A stretch of 64,000 nucleotides of DNA from Maricaulis sp. (lineage in GTDB: Bacteria > Pseudomonadota > Alphaproteobacteria > Caulobacterales > Maricaulaceae), in the NCBI RefSeq assembly GCF_048270265.1, contig NZ_JBLWTD010000012.1, forward strand, positions 9,469 to 73,468. The letters are read 5' to 3'. Shown in pieces: positions 11,440 to 21,551 of the stretch. Both the position numbers and the translations under genes were made by a program. Every line of letters starts with the position of its first letter. Position 1 is the stretch's first letter. The notes under the pieces were generated by a model that searched no databases, was not told the origin of the DNA, and saw nothing but the letters and a program-made list of their open reading frames with translations.

Positions 11440-12554
11440 ACCCGCAGCGGCATCAACACATAAAGCGCATCAGGATCACCGCTATCGGTGACCAGGGCCG
11501 GAGAGGCGGCATCGGCGAAGTGGAACTGCGCCTGGTCGCCCTCGATCTGCGAGGCCACGTCCAGCATGTAGCGGGCGTTAAAACCGATCGCGAAGCCTTC
11601 ATCGCTATAGGACACGGCCAGTTCTTCCTCGGCCTGTCCGCTCTCGGGATTGTTGACCGCCAGGGTCAGCGTGTCCTGACCCAGCGACAGCTTCACCGAA
11701 CGTGATTTTTCCATCGAGATGGTGGCAACACGATCAACGGCCTCGGCGAAACGCTTGTTCTCGACCGACATCATGCGGGTATTGCCGCGCGGAATGACGC
11801 GCTCATAATCCGGGAAGGCGCCATCGATGAGTTTCGAGGTCAGCACGGCCCGGCCGAGACGGAAGCGGATCTTGCCCTCGGACACCGAAATCTCGACATC
11901 GTCGCTGGCATCCTCGATCAGGCGGCGGATTTCCTGCACGGTCTTGCGCGGGACGATCACGCCGGGCATGCCGGCTGCACCATCGGGCAGATCAACCTCT
12001 GCCAGGGCGAGCCGGACGCCGTCGGTAGCAACGGCACGCAAGGTCTTGCGGCCAGCCTCGTCAGCGGCATGGAAATGGATGCCGTTGAGATAATACCGCG
12101 TTTCCTCGGTCGAGATCGCGAACTTGGTCTTGTCGATCAAACGCGCCAGGGCCGCAGCCGGCAGCGAGAAACTATGCTCGAGATCCTCGGTCGGCATGAC
12201 CGGGAAATCACCCGGCGGAAGCGAGGGCAGCGAGAAGTTCGACCGTCCGGCCTTGAGGGTCAGACGCGGATCCTCGCCGCTCATTTCCAGCGTCACGTCA
12301 GCGCCGTCAGGGATTTTGCGCGTAATGTCATAGAGGGTGTGGGCCGGTGCCGTGACCATGCCTTCACCTTCACAGCGCGCCTCGGCCGTCTCAAGGATTT
12401 CGATGTCGAGATCCGTGGCCGCGAAACTTGCGCCATTGGGCCCGGCTGAAATCAGCACATTCGACAGAATTGGAATGGTGTTGCGCTTTTCGACCACGGC
12501 CTGAACATGGCCAAGGGCCTTGAGGAGCGTAGCGCGCTCGATCGTCAGCTTCAT
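11436..12554 (-). CDS. dnaN: DNA polymerase III beta clamp
   Basis: VEKRNTIPILSN, STEETRYYLNG, VATDG, SKLIDGAFPDY, C-terminal YVLMPLRV. Confidence 0.98.
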   Translation of the reverse strand: MKLTIERATLLKALGHVQAVVEKRNTIPILSNVLISAGPNGASFAATDLDIEILETAEARCEGEGMVTAPAHTLYDITRKIPDGADVTLEMSGEDPRLTLKAGRSNFSLPSLPPGDFPVMPTEDLEHSFSLPAAALARLIDKTKFAISTEETRYYLNGIHFHAADEAGRKTLRAVATDGVRLALAEVDLPDGAAGMPGVIVPRKTVQEIRRLIEDASDDVEISVSEGKIRFRLGRAVLTSKLIDGAFPDYERVIPRGNTRMMSVENKRFAEAVDRVATISMEKSRSVKLSLGQDTLTLAVNNPESGQAEEELAVSYSDEGFAIGFNARYMLDVASQIEGDQAQFHFADAASPALVTDSGDPDALYVLMPLRV

Positions 12555-12698
12555 ATCTCGCGTTCCGCTTTGACGTCTTCATGAGCCGGTGCCGGCTGGC
12601 AAATCAGCTGGCACCGAAAAGGGTGGGTAAAAGAGGATACATGAAAAAACACAACCGCAAGAGAATTATCCAGCCGCGGACGCATTTTCCAGCGGAAA

Positions 12699-14126
12699 TC
12701 AGTCCCGCAGCTCCCGGGTCAGGCAATCAACATCCTGGCCGATCGGGTCCCCGGCTTCGATCATCGCGGTGATCTTGTTGACGGCGTGGATTACCGTCGA
12801 GTGATCGCGGCCGCCAAAACGGCGTCCGATATCGGGCAGGGAACGCGTGGTCAGCGTCTTGGCCAGATACATCGCGACATGGCGCGGGCGGACAACACTC
12901 TGGGTCCGGCGCTTGGAGCAGATATCCGTCGTGGTCACGCCGAAATGTGTCGCGACGGCCTTCTGGATCTCGTCAACGGTCAGACGTTTTTCCGCGCTCA
13001 GCGACAGGTCGCGCAGGGCAGTCGAAACCGCCTCCATCGTCACCGGCAGCCCCAGCAGCGCTGTGCGGCAGATCACGTTGTTGAGCACACCTTCCAGCTC
13101 GCGCGGGCCGGTCGTGATGCGGGCCGCGAGAAAATCGCGCACCGGCTCCGACACGTTCAGCACCGGATAGTGGCATTTCGCCTGGGCGATCTTGCAATCG
13201 AGAATCTGGCGCCGCAGATCGAGATCCGGCTTGCTCAACGGGCAGGCCAGGCCACCGGTCAACAGCGAGCGCAGACGGTCATCGGCGATCGCCAGCTCGG
13301 CAGGCGGACGATGCGAGGCCAGAACGACCTGCTTGTTCTCGGCGATCAGTGCCGCAATCGTGTGGAGGAATTCATCCTCGGTCTTCGGCTTGCCGGCGAT
13401 GAAATGCACATCATCGATCAGGAGGTAGTCCACACCGCGGACCGTCTCCTTGAAGGTGATGGTGTCGCGCGCCCGCATCGCGGTCACAAATCCCGAGAGG
13501 AATTCCTCGGCGGTCAGGTAGAGCGCCTTGCGCGGCTTGGGCGCCTGGGCGACGGCACTCGCCACGGCGTGCATGAGGTGCGTCTTGCCGACGCCGTAAT
13601 CGCCGTAGAAGAAAACCGGATTGAAGGGCGGGCGCGCTGCAGAGACGATGCTCCGCGCGGCGGCGGCGGCGACTTCATTGGCCGGGCCGACCCGGAAGGA
13701 ATCGAAGCTGAAGCGCGGCTCGATCACATCTTCGCGCTTCGCAGCCGTTTCGGCCGGCTTGCCTGCAGACTTCGGCTGAGGCACGGGTTCGCGCACAACG
13801 TCCACTTGCGGCTCAACCTCACCATCGGCCAGCACGAGAAGATCGCGGCGAACGGAATCCAGCTCTGCCCAGATGGCACGAATTCGGGCACCGGCATGAT
13901 CCTCGATCCAGTCACGATTGAAGGTGCTCGGCGCGACAATGATGATCATGCCGGCGTCCGACATGCGGACGCGCAAACGGGCTATTTCCTGAGAGTAAAG
14001 GGCATCACCAAGCTCAACGCGCAGGCGGGCGCGAACGGCGCGCCAAATGGCTGCAATTTCGGCTGCAGCCTGGGTCTCGAATGAGGCTGCCTTGGTATCG
14101 GAAACTGCAAGTTTTTTATATGCCAT
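12699..14126 (-). CDS. dnaA: Chromosomal replication initiator DnaA
   Basis: FNPVFFYGDYGVGKTHL, LLIDD, RELEG, domain IV FGGRDHSTVIHA; start taken at MAYKK. Confidence 0.97.
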   Translation of the reverse strand: MAYKKLAVSDTKAASFETQAAAEIAAIWRAVRARLRVELGDALYSQEIARLRVRMSDAGMIIIVAPSTFNRDWIEDHAGARIRAIWAELDSVRRDLLVLADGEVEPQVDVVREPVPQPKSAGKPAETAAKREDVIEPRFSFDSFRVGPANEVAAAAARSIVSAARPPFNPVFFYGDYGVGKTHLMHAVASAVAQAPKPRKALYLTAEEFLSGFVTAMRARDTITFKETVRGVDYLLIDDVHFIAGKPKTEDEFLHTIAALIAENKQVVLASHRPPAELAIADDRLRSLLTGGLACPLSKPDLDLRRQILDCKIAQAKCHYPVLNVSEPVRDFLAARITTGPRELEGVLNNVICRTALLGLPVTMEAVSTALRDLSLSAEKRLTVDEIQKAVATHFGVTTTDICSKRRTQSVVRPRHVAMYLAKTLTTRSLPDIGRRFGGRDHSTVIHAVNKITAMIEAGDPIGQDVDCLTRELRD

Positions 14127-14561
14127 TGTTCGCCACACTTGTGATTTGCCCCACGTCGAGGTGAGAGCTAGGTGTTTGTTATTATGGCACAATCCCCCCT
14201 CAACGACACGCCGCCCTGCCGTGTCGAAACCGGAATATTATCCGTATAGGATTGATCGCCCTCAGAGCCTCAAAGGTTACCGCTTCCGTAAAAACGGTCA
14301 ACAGGATTCAACGCCCGGATTTTGAGATTCTTCGCTTGACACGGGAAATCCTTGACCGGAGCGAAGCTTGGCAAATGCGATATATTTTTATGACGTCGGA
14401 TGGTTCAATTTCACCACGAAAAGCCCCCTGGAAACCGGGCACGGGTTGGCATGAAAACGGCTGCGGCAACAGCTCCGTATCAGGAATATTATATGAGCAG
14501 CGTATGAGCAGCGGACGCACCATCGGGGCCCCGATCACATCGCCAGCCGGAAAGCAGTGCC

Positions 14562-14599
14562 AAAAAAAATACGCCCGGGACGCGAGTCCCGGGCGTATT
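14562..14599 (-). terminator. Rho-independent terminator downstream of rpsT
   Basis: Perfect stem AATACGCCCGGGAC/GTCCCGGGCGTATT followed by a T run on the minus strand. Confidence 0.9.
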
Positions 14600-14624
14600 G
14601 ATTGCATTCAACTGTCGTTCGAAA

Positions 14625-14891
14625 TCAGGCGGCCATCGCCTTGATCCGGGCCGACAGGCGCGAAACCTTGCGCGAGCTCGTGTTCTTGTGGAACACGCCC
14701 TTGCTGACCGCACGCATCATTTCTGATTCCGCGGTGACCAGTGCCGCGCGGGCAACAGCCTGATCGCCGGCGGCGATCGCAAGTTCGACCTTTTTAACAT
14801 AGGTCCGGACGCGCGAACGCCGGGCTTTGTTAACAGCAGTGCGGCGCGCGATCTTGCGGACCATTTTCTTGGCCGAGCTTGTATTGGCCAT
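14625..14891 (-). CDS. rpsT: 30S ribosomal protein S20
   Basis: [30 protein letters not shown]...[12 protein letters not shown]. Confidence 0.98.
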   Translation of the reverse strand: MANTSSAKKMVRKIARRTAVNKARRSRVRTYVKKVELAIAAGDQAVARAALVTAESEMMRAVSKGVFHKNTSSRKVSRLSARIKAMAA

Positions 14892-14999
14892 GGGTTCTAA
14901 CCTCTTCATGCGACCGGGACCGGAGCCCGATTAAATCCGTGAGCGGCGGCGTATAGGCCCTAGAAGCCGGGGCGTCAACTGCCCCTGCCGCCAGTTCGA

Positions 15000-15776
15000 C
15001 TAACGATGCTTGAAATGTGCAGCGCGCTTCTCGGCGAAGGCTGCCATGCCCTCACTCTGATCTTCCAGGGCAAATTGCGACTGGAACACCCGGCGCTCGA
15101 AGCGCACGCCTTCCGTCAGGCCGATCTCGAAGGCACGGTTGACCGCTTCCTTCGTCATCATGGCGACCGGCAGGGATTTGACCGCAATCGCCTCGGCAGC
15201 TTCCATGGCGACGTCGAGCAGATCCTCGGCCGGCACGACGCGCGAGACCAGTCCGGCACGCTCAGCCTCTTCGGCATCCATCATGCGGCCCGTCAGGCAC
15301 ATATCCATTGCCTTGGCCTTGCCGACGGCACGTGGCAGCCGCTGGGTGCCACCGGAACCGGGCATGACGCCGAGATTGATCTCGGGCTGACCGAATTTGG
15401 CTGTCTGCGAGGCAATGATGAAATCACACATCATGGCGATCTCGCAGCCGCCGCCGAGGGCATAGCCGGAAACCGCAGCGATGATCGGCTTGCGGAAGCG
15501 GGCCACCGACTCCCAGGTCTCGGCGAAGGGGTCGTGCATGTAGAGGCCGACGAAATCGCGAGCCTGCAATTCCTTGATGTCGGCGCCGGCTGCGAAGGCT
15601 TTCTTCGAGCCGGTCAACACGACACAGCCGATACCGGCATCCTTCTCGAAGGCGGCCAGTACCGTCGCAAGTTCTGTCGTCAGCTCATCGCACAGGGCGT
15701 TGAGAGCTTCCGGGCGCGAGAAGGTAATTACCCCGACGCGACCCTCGGTCTTTACCTGAATCGTCTTGTAAGCCAT
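15000..15776 (-). CDS. Enoyl-CoA hydratase
   Basis: [40 protein letters not shown] (crotonase motifs). Confidence 0.93.
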   Translation of the reverse strand: MAYKTIQVKTEGRVGVITFSRPEALNALCDELTTELATVLAAFEKDAGIGCVVLTGSKKAFAAGADIKELQARDFVGLYMHDPFAETWESVARFRKPIIAAVSGYALGGGCEIAMMCDFIIASQTAKFGQPEINLGVMPGSGGTQRLPRAVGKAKAMDMCLTGRMMDAEEAERAGLVSRVVPAEDLLDVAMEAAEAIAVKSLPVAMMTKEAVNRAFEIGLTEGVRFERRVFQSQFALEDQSEGMAAFAEKRAAHFKHR

Positions 15777-15893
15777 GTCGGCGCTCCGTATGCGGCGCGG
15801 GGGTCCGCGCTGAAAAAACCGCGCCGCTATAACGCAGACCGGACCGGCGGTCGATACCGGTAACAGGCCGAGAGTCAGGCGGCGGATGCCAAG

Positions 15894-16835
15894 CTATTGG
15901 CGGGTCACGATAATGCCGGATTCCCGCAACAATTCGACAACACCGTTATCGCCGCTGAGGTGCGCAGCCCCCACAGCCACAAAAACAGTGCCTTCGCCGT
16001 CGAGCAGAGCCTGGATCTGAGGCACCCAGTCGCGATTGCGCTGAACGATCAAAGCCTCATACATCTCCGGTGTTTGCTCGCGCATATCCGCGTTCACGAT
16101 CCGGTCGATCGTCTCGATATCGCCCGCAGCCCAGGCCCGCACCATCTCGTCGAGCATGGCCGGCGTGCGCTCCATTTCGCGCAGACCTTCGGCAAAACCG
16201 GCGACCTGCACCGAGTCCGGGAGGTCGGCGAGAACGCGAACCTGCTGCTCGGCGGTTTCGAAATAGCCGAGCTCGACGTCTGTGCCGGCAACAGCTGCGA
16301 GCAGGGCTTTCTCGGCCCCGGCCTCGGGATCAAGCCCCAGCACCTGCATCTGCGCGACCGAGAGAACGATCTGCGCCAGCCAGGGCCGCATCGGCTCTAG
16401 CATTTCCGGCGTCGCACCGACGGTCGGCGCCACGCGGGCCAGCAAGGCCCGGGCCTCGGCATCCAGCATCGAGGACAGGGTCACACCTTGCGGGTTCAGT
16501 CCCAGTTCAACGACCAGCGCCTGCATCCGGGCCTGCGCCTCGGCACCCTGCACATCGGCTTCGAGATACAGGGCGTCGGCGTTCGCCAGATGCTCGCGCA
16601 TCGTGTCGGTCTGCCAGTCAAGGCTGGGGGGAAGAAGGTGGAATGTGCCGAACAGGTAGATATCGGAATCCGCGTCCGAGAGGTGCCACATGGCCGGCCT
16701 AGCCTCGAGCCCCGAATAGTCGACCAGTTGCGCCTGGGCCGGGCTGAGGGCGCCGGCGAATGCAAGGCCGGCAGCGCCGAGCAGGGCGCCAGCGGCCGAG
16801 GTCAGCCGGGAGTAGAAAGGTTTGGAACGACGCAT
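15894..16835 (-). CDS. TraB/GumN family protein, exported
   Basis: Signal peptide; YLFGTFH, FETAEQQ, RNRDWV, FVAVGAAHL. Confidence 0.88.
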   Translation of the reverse strand: MRRSKPFYSRLTSAAGALLGAAGLAFAGALSPAQAQLVDYSGLEARPAMWHLSDADSDIYLFGTFHLLPPSLDWQTDTMREHLANADALYLEADVQGAEAQARMQALVVELGLNPQGVTLSSMLDAEARALLARVAPTVGATPEMLEPMRPWLAQIVLSVAQMQVLGLDPEAGAEKALLAAVAGTDVELGYFETAEQQVRVLADLPDSVQVAGFAEGLREMERTPAMLDEMVRAWAAGDIETIDRIVNADMREQTPEMYEALIVQRNRDWVPQIQALLDGEGTVFVAVGAAHLSGDNGVVELLRESGIIVTRQ

Positions 16836-16935
16836 AGGGAAACTCCGGATCAGGTCGAGGACAAGCAAGGGATACTATCCGGCTTTGCACGAATTGCGGC
16901 AGGGACTGACTGCGCCCGCGTCCCGCTGTCCGGAA

Positions 16936-17799
16936 TCAGCGCTGGCAGGCGGGGCAGTAGAAGGTCGAGCGGCCCGCCTGGACGATCCGCTGGATCTCGC
17001 CGCTGCAGTCCGGCGTCGAGCAGGGCACGCCTTCGCGGCCATAGGCGCTGAACCGGTGCTGGAAATAGCCCAGGGCGCCATCCGCCCCCGCGAAATCCTT
17101 CAGGGTCGAACCGCCGGCAGCAATTGCCTCCTCGATCACTTCGCGAACCGACCGGGCCAGGCGCTCCGCGCGAACGCCCGGGATGGTCCGCGCCTCGCGC
17201 CGCGGACTGATCCCGCTGCGATGCAGCGCCTCACAGACATAGATATTGCCCAGTCCGGCGACGACACGCTGGTCGAGCAGCGCCGATTTGACCGGTGTGC
17301 GCTTGCCGGCCAGCGCCTCCCCCAGCGCTGCGCCGGAGAACGCGTTGGACGTCGGTTCGGGACCAAGCCCGGCCAGGTTGGGCTGCTCGTCCTCGGCGTC
17401 CGTCGGAAAGATGAGCATGAAACCAAAGCGGCGGGGGTCATTATAGCGAACCGTCACACCGCCCTCGATCTCGAACACGACATGATCATGTTTCGGATTG
17501 GCCGGCGCGGCATGGACAAAATCACCCGGCTGCGCGGCATCCTCGCCAGCCTCGATCGAGAAGCGGCCGGACATCCCGAGATGGACCAGCAGGGTCTCCT
17601 CCTCCGCCAGACGCAACAGGAGGTATTTCGCTCGCCGGTCGATCTGCTCGATCCGCCGGCCGCCCAGACGGCGCGCCATATCCTCCGGGAAGGGAAAGCG
17701 CAGATTGGCGCGATTGAGCGTCACGCGCTCGATCAGGCGTCCTTGCATGGCCGGGATCAGGCCGGCACGGACGGTTTCGACTTCGGGAAGCTCAGGCAC
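16936..17799 (-). CDS. mutM: Formamidopyrimidine-DNA glycosylase
   Basis: GTG start gives (M)PELPEVE, preceded by AAGGAG; HLGMSG, GLGNIY, C-terminal zinc finger CSTPDC...CPACQ. Confidence 0.97.
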   Translation of the reverse strand: MPELPEVETVRAGLIPAMQGRLIERVTLNRANLRFPFPEDMARRLGGRRIEQIDRRAKYLLLRLAEEETLLVHLGMSGRFSIEAGEDAAQPGDFVHAAPANPKHDHVVFEIEGGVTVRYNDPRRFGFMLIFPTDAEDEQPNLAGLGPEPTSNAFSGAALGEALAGKRTPVKSALLDQRVVAGLGNIYVCEALHRSGISPRREARTIPGVRAERLARSVREVIEEAIAAGGSTLKDFAGADGALGYFQHRFSAYGREGVPCSTPDCSGEIQRIVQAGRSTFYCPACQR

Positions 17800-17980
17800 C
17801 GCATGCTCCTTGTGACTGCCAGGCGCGCACGGGCATGGCCGCTGACATGAGTTCCTCATATCGCACTCCGCCGCGCGTTTGCCAAAGCCTGAACCGCGAT
17901 TGCGGGGGACTGCCGGGCCTGCGGCATCATCACCGCCCTGACGGCTTTGCGGCAGGGCCGCGGTGGCTTATTGTCGGCGC

Positions 17981-18775
17981 ATGACCGAGACATTCAAACA
18001 GGCTGACCCCGAAAACACCGTCCCCTTCGGCTTCGAGGATGTGGACCGTACCCGCAAGGCCGGGCTTGTCCGCGGCGTTTTCGACCGTTCGGCACGCCGC
18101 TACGACCTGATGAACGACCTGATGTCGCTGGGCGTGCATCGCGCCTGGAAAGACATGGTAATGACACGGGCCAATCCGCAGCCCGGCGAGCGCCTGCTCG
18201 ATGTGGCGGGCGGGACCGGCGATCTGGCACGCAGCTTCCTGACCAAGGCCGACCGCGCCGGCAAGCGCCGCGGCAGCCCGCAGCAGGCCGAAGCCATCGT
18301 GCTGGATATCAATGAGCAGATGTTGCGCGCCGGCATCAAGCGCGGCGTCGATGCCACCCAGGCCGGGCGGATCCAGTGGGTCACCGGCAATGCCGAATGC
18401 CTGCCGCTGTCCAGTCACTGCGTCGACTGCGTCACCATCTCGACCGGCATTCGCAATGTCACCGACCGGGCCGCAGCCCTCGCCGACATGCGCCGTGTGC
18501 TGAAGCCGGGCGGGCGCTTCCTGTGCCTGGAGTTCTCCCGGCCGACCAGCCGGGGATGGGAGAAGCTCTATGACGCCTGGTCATTCAATGTGATGCCCGA
18601 ACTGGGCGAGCATGTCGCGCGGGACCGGGCCAGCTACCAGTATCTGGTGGAATCGATCCGGCGCTTCCCCGACCAGGAAAGCTTCGCCGGCGAATTGCGT
18701 CAGGCCGGCTTCCGGCAGGTGAGCTACACCAATTTCTCCGGCGGCATCGCCGCCCTTCACACGGGCTGGGCCTGA
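17981..18775 (+). CDS. ubiE: Ubiquinone/menaquinone biosynthesis C-methyltransferase
   Basis: [38 protein letters not shown]. Confidence 0.95.
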   Translation: MTETFKQADPENTVPFGFEDVDRTRKAGLVRGVFDRSARRYDLMNDLMSLGVHRAWKDMVMTRANPQPGERLLDVAGGTGDLARSFLTKADRAGKRRGSPQQAEAIVLDINEQMLRAGIKRGVDATQAGRIQWVTGNAECLPLSSHCVDCVTISTGIRNVTDRAAALADMRRVLKPGGRFLCLEFSRPTSRGWEKLYDAWSFNVMPELGEHVARDRASYQYLVESIRRFPDQESFAGELRQAGFRQVSYTNFSGGIAALHTGWA

Positions 18776-19194
18776 TCACCGCCGCGCCCCTGCGCCTTGC
18801 GGGTGGCGATCAGCCAGGCCTTCGCTGCGGCGAGCGTATCGAATAATTGCAGGCTGGCGGGATAATCGGCCTCGCCCAGCCCGATCCAGTATTCCACCAG
18901 GGGGAGCTTCATCGGATCGGCGCAGACCTGCGCGCTCAGGGTCGGCTTGTCGCCATAGGCCTCATGCAGGATCTGTCCGAGCACGGCCTTGCCCGCCTTG
19001 ATCGCCTCGATATCGAGATCGCCGAGCATGCCGTCGCTATAATCGATGATCCGGTCCCATTCGGGCGTCCATTCGGGCAATGAGACAGCCTGCCGCAAAA
19101 GCGCGGCGGCCTCCGGGATGCTCACAGGACCATGGAAGGCGGTCACAGCCCACCGGTTTTCGTAATCGAACTCGATCGTGTGGCGCATGGACAT
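18757..19194 (-). CDS. Hypothetical protein, SpoIIAA/STAS-SEC14-like fold suggested
   Basis: AGGAG RBS before MSMRHTIEF; beta-alpha pattern and the C-terminal [12 protein letters not shown] resemble SpoIIAA-like proteins. Confidence 0.6.
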   Translation of the reverse strand: MSMRHTIEFDYENRWAVTAFHGPVSIPEAAALLRQAVSLPEWTPEWDRIIDYSDGMLGDLDIEAIKAGKAVLGQILHEAYGDKPTLSAQVCADPMKLPLVEYWIGLGEADYPASLQLFDTLAAAKAWLIATRKAQGRGGDQAQPV

Positions 19195-19317
19195 ATCCAA
19201 CTCCTGAGGAAGACTAACCTGCGGGGGGGCCGATGCAAGCGAGTGAAACGGCGGCGCGCGCTGCGACTTCACACCGCCCTCGCCAAGCGGGGCTGCGCCC
19301 TCTAAACAGCTGCGAAT

Positions 19318-20856
19318 ATGTTTGCGACCCTTGCCTCCTTCCTGCGCCTGCTGCGCGCCCTGCTCACGCTGGCGCGCCATGACGCCATCCTGCCTGCAGA
19401 ATACCAGTCGCTCTATCCGGCACCGGCGCGGGTGGCCGGCCGCATCGCGCGGCTGTTTGCCCGCCGCGACAATGCCGGCAATCCCGGCGAACGCCTGGCC
19501 CGGGCGCTGGAAAGGCTCGGCCCCTCCTATGTCAAATTCGGCCAGATTCTGGCGACCCGCGGCGATGTCATCGGCGAACGCTTCGCGCGCGGCCTGGCCC
19601 GGCTGCAAGACCGGATGCCGCCCTTCGACGACACCGAGGCCCGCGCCATCATCGCCGCCGAACTGGGCGCGCCCGTAGAGAGCCTGTTCAAGACCTTCGG
19701 GCCGGCCATCGCCGCCGCCTCGATCGCGCAGGTTCACCGCGCCACCACGCAGGATGATGTTGAGGTGGCGGTAAAGGTCCTGCGGCCCGATATCGAACTG
19801 CGCATCGCGCGCGATATCCGCACCCTCTCCCTGGGCGCCGCTCTGGCCGAGAGACTGGCGCCAGCCAGCCGCCGTCTGGAGCCGCGCAAATTCGTTGCCA
19901 CAGTTGCCCGCTCGCTCAGCTTCGAGACCGATTTGCGGCTTGAAGCCGCCGCCGCGTCAGAGCTGGCCGAAGCGGCCACTGCCGTTGAACACTACCGCAT
20001 CCCCGAGGTTGAATGGACCCTGTCGTCCAAGCGCATCCTGACGACGCGATGGGTCACCGGCGCACCCCTGAGCGATCCGGAGCGGCTTGCCGGGCTGAAC
20101 CTCGACCAGGCCGCACTGGCCACGACATTGACGCGGGCCTTTCTCGGCACGGCGCTTGATCGCGGCGTGTTTCACGCCGACATGCATGCCGGCAATCTTT
20201 TCGCCGCTGCCAATGGCGACCTCTGGGCGGTGGATTTCGGAATCATGGGGCGGATCGGCCGGCCCGAACGCCGGTTCCTCGCGCTTATCCTGCATGGCTT
20301 CCTGACCCGCGACTATACAGCTGCGGCACGGGCCCACTTTGCGGCAGGCTATGTGCCCGACGAGCATACCGTCGCCGATTTCGCCAGCGCGCTGAGGGCT
20401 GTCGGCGAACCGATTTTCGGCAAGCGCGCCGACGAGGTGCCGATGTCGCGCGTGCTGATGCAATTGTTCGAGATCACCGATCTGTTCGACATGCGCCTGC
20501 GCCCCGAACTGGTGATGTTGCAAAAGACCATGGTCCAGTGTGAGGGCGTGGCGCGCTCTCTCGACCCGCAGCACAATATGTGGGCCGCGGCCACGCCTGT
20601 CGTCGAGGCCTGGATGAAACGCGAGCTGGGCCCGGAAGGGCGGATTCGCGACTTTGCCGAGGATCTGGAGCGGTTCTACGGAGCCATGCGGCATCTGCCC
20701 GACGCCATCGAGGACTGGGCGGATATTGGCGCCAGGCTCAAGTCGGGCGAGCTTCGCCTCTCGACTCCGCCGCCGCCACGCCCCTGGGCCGTCCGCCTCG
20801 CCTGGCTGGGTGTGGCAGCTGCTGCCGGCGCTGCGCTGGCCCTGTGGCTTGCATAA
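19318..20856 (+). CDS. ubiB: Ubiquinone biosynthesis kinase-like protein UbiB
   Basis: LGPSYVKFGQ, AAASIAQVH, VAVKVLRP, FHADMHAGN, VDFGIMG. Confidence 0.96.
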   Translation: MFATLASFLRLLRALLTLARHDAILPAEYQSLYPAPARVAGRIARLFARRDNAGNPGERLARALERLGPSYVKFGQILATRGDVIGERFARGLARLQDRMPPFDDTEARAIIAAELGAPVESLFKTFGPAIAAASIAQVHRATTQDDVEVAVKVLRPDIELRIARDIRTLSLGAALAERLAPASRRLEPRKFVATVARSLSFETDLRLEAAAASELAEAATAVEHYRIPEVEWTLSSKRILTTRWVTGAPLSDPERLAGLNLDQAALATTLTRAFLGTALDRGVFHADMHAGNLFAAANGDLWAVDFGIMGRIGRPERRFLALILHGFLTRDYTAAARAHFAAGYVPDEHTVADFASALRAVGEPIFGKRADEVPMSRVLMQLFEITDLFDMRLRPELVMLQKTMVQCEGVARSLDPQHNMWAAATPVVEAWMKRELGPEGRIRDFAEDLERFYGAMRHLPDAIEDWADIGARLKSGELRLSTPPPPRPWAVRLAWLGVAAAAGAALALWLA

Positions 20857-20910
20857 AAACGCCCACATACCAAACACGGTCCGGTAATATCTTCGTGCTT
20901 CAATGCACCC

Positions 20911-21468
20911 ATGACATTAAGCACCAAACCGACCCCCGAACATTTCGAGCTCCAGCGCGAGTTTTTCCGGATCGACGCCGCGACCGTCGCGCGTATCCGC
21001 AAGCTGAAACCGCGCCTCATGGCCTATGCTGCCGAAACGCTTGAAACCCTGTTTGACCACCTCGCCTCGAATCCCGAGGTCGGGGACTATTTCGAGATAT
21101 CGGACAATACCCGCTATCTGCGCGACGGCATGCTGGCCCATTGCGAGCTGGTCTTTTCGGCCCGTTTCGACCCGAAATATTATGACGCCGTCGACCAGAT
21201 GGGCCTGCGCCACAGCAAGCTGGACTATCCCTCGCACGCCTATTCCTCCGCCTATGCCAACCTGATGGCCGGTATTTTCCGGCAAGGTTTGGAGACGGGC
21301 CCGAAGCTCAATGCCGAGGATATGGCCGCCATCACGCGCGTTTCGATCTACGACATGGAACTGACCATCGCCGCCTTCTTCCGCCACCAGCTGGACAAGC
21401 AGGCCGCGCTCTATGCCGATACGGAAAAAGTGCGCGATATGATGACCCAGCAGCGCCTCGCCAGCTGA
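20911..21468 (+). CDS. Stand-alone protoglobin/sensor-globin domain protein
   Basis: Resembles the HemAT/GCS globin domain (REFFRID, proximal-His-like MGLRHSKL, AYSSAY, DMELTIAAF); no output domain. Confidence 0.75.
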   Translation: MTLSTKPTPEHFELQREFFRIDAATVARIRKLKPRLMAYAAETLETLFDHLASNPEVGDYFEISDNTRYLRDGMLAHCELVFSARFDPKYYDAVDQMGLRHSKLDYPSHAYSSAYANLMAGIFRQGLETGPKLNAEDMAAITRVSIYDMELTIAAFFRHQLDKQAALYADTEKVRDMMTQQRLAS

Positions 21469-21551
21469 GACGCCGCCCGGCCCCGACAAGAGGCTTGGGA
21501 TTCCACTCGCAAACCGCTAGTTACTTCGCGTAGCGAACTGGGAGCACGGCC

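Noticed and set aside
12555-14624. oriC call near dnaA
   Set aside because: There is no cluster of strong DnaA boxes, no CtrA TTAA-N7-TTAA site and no clear unwinding element, so I cannot support it.
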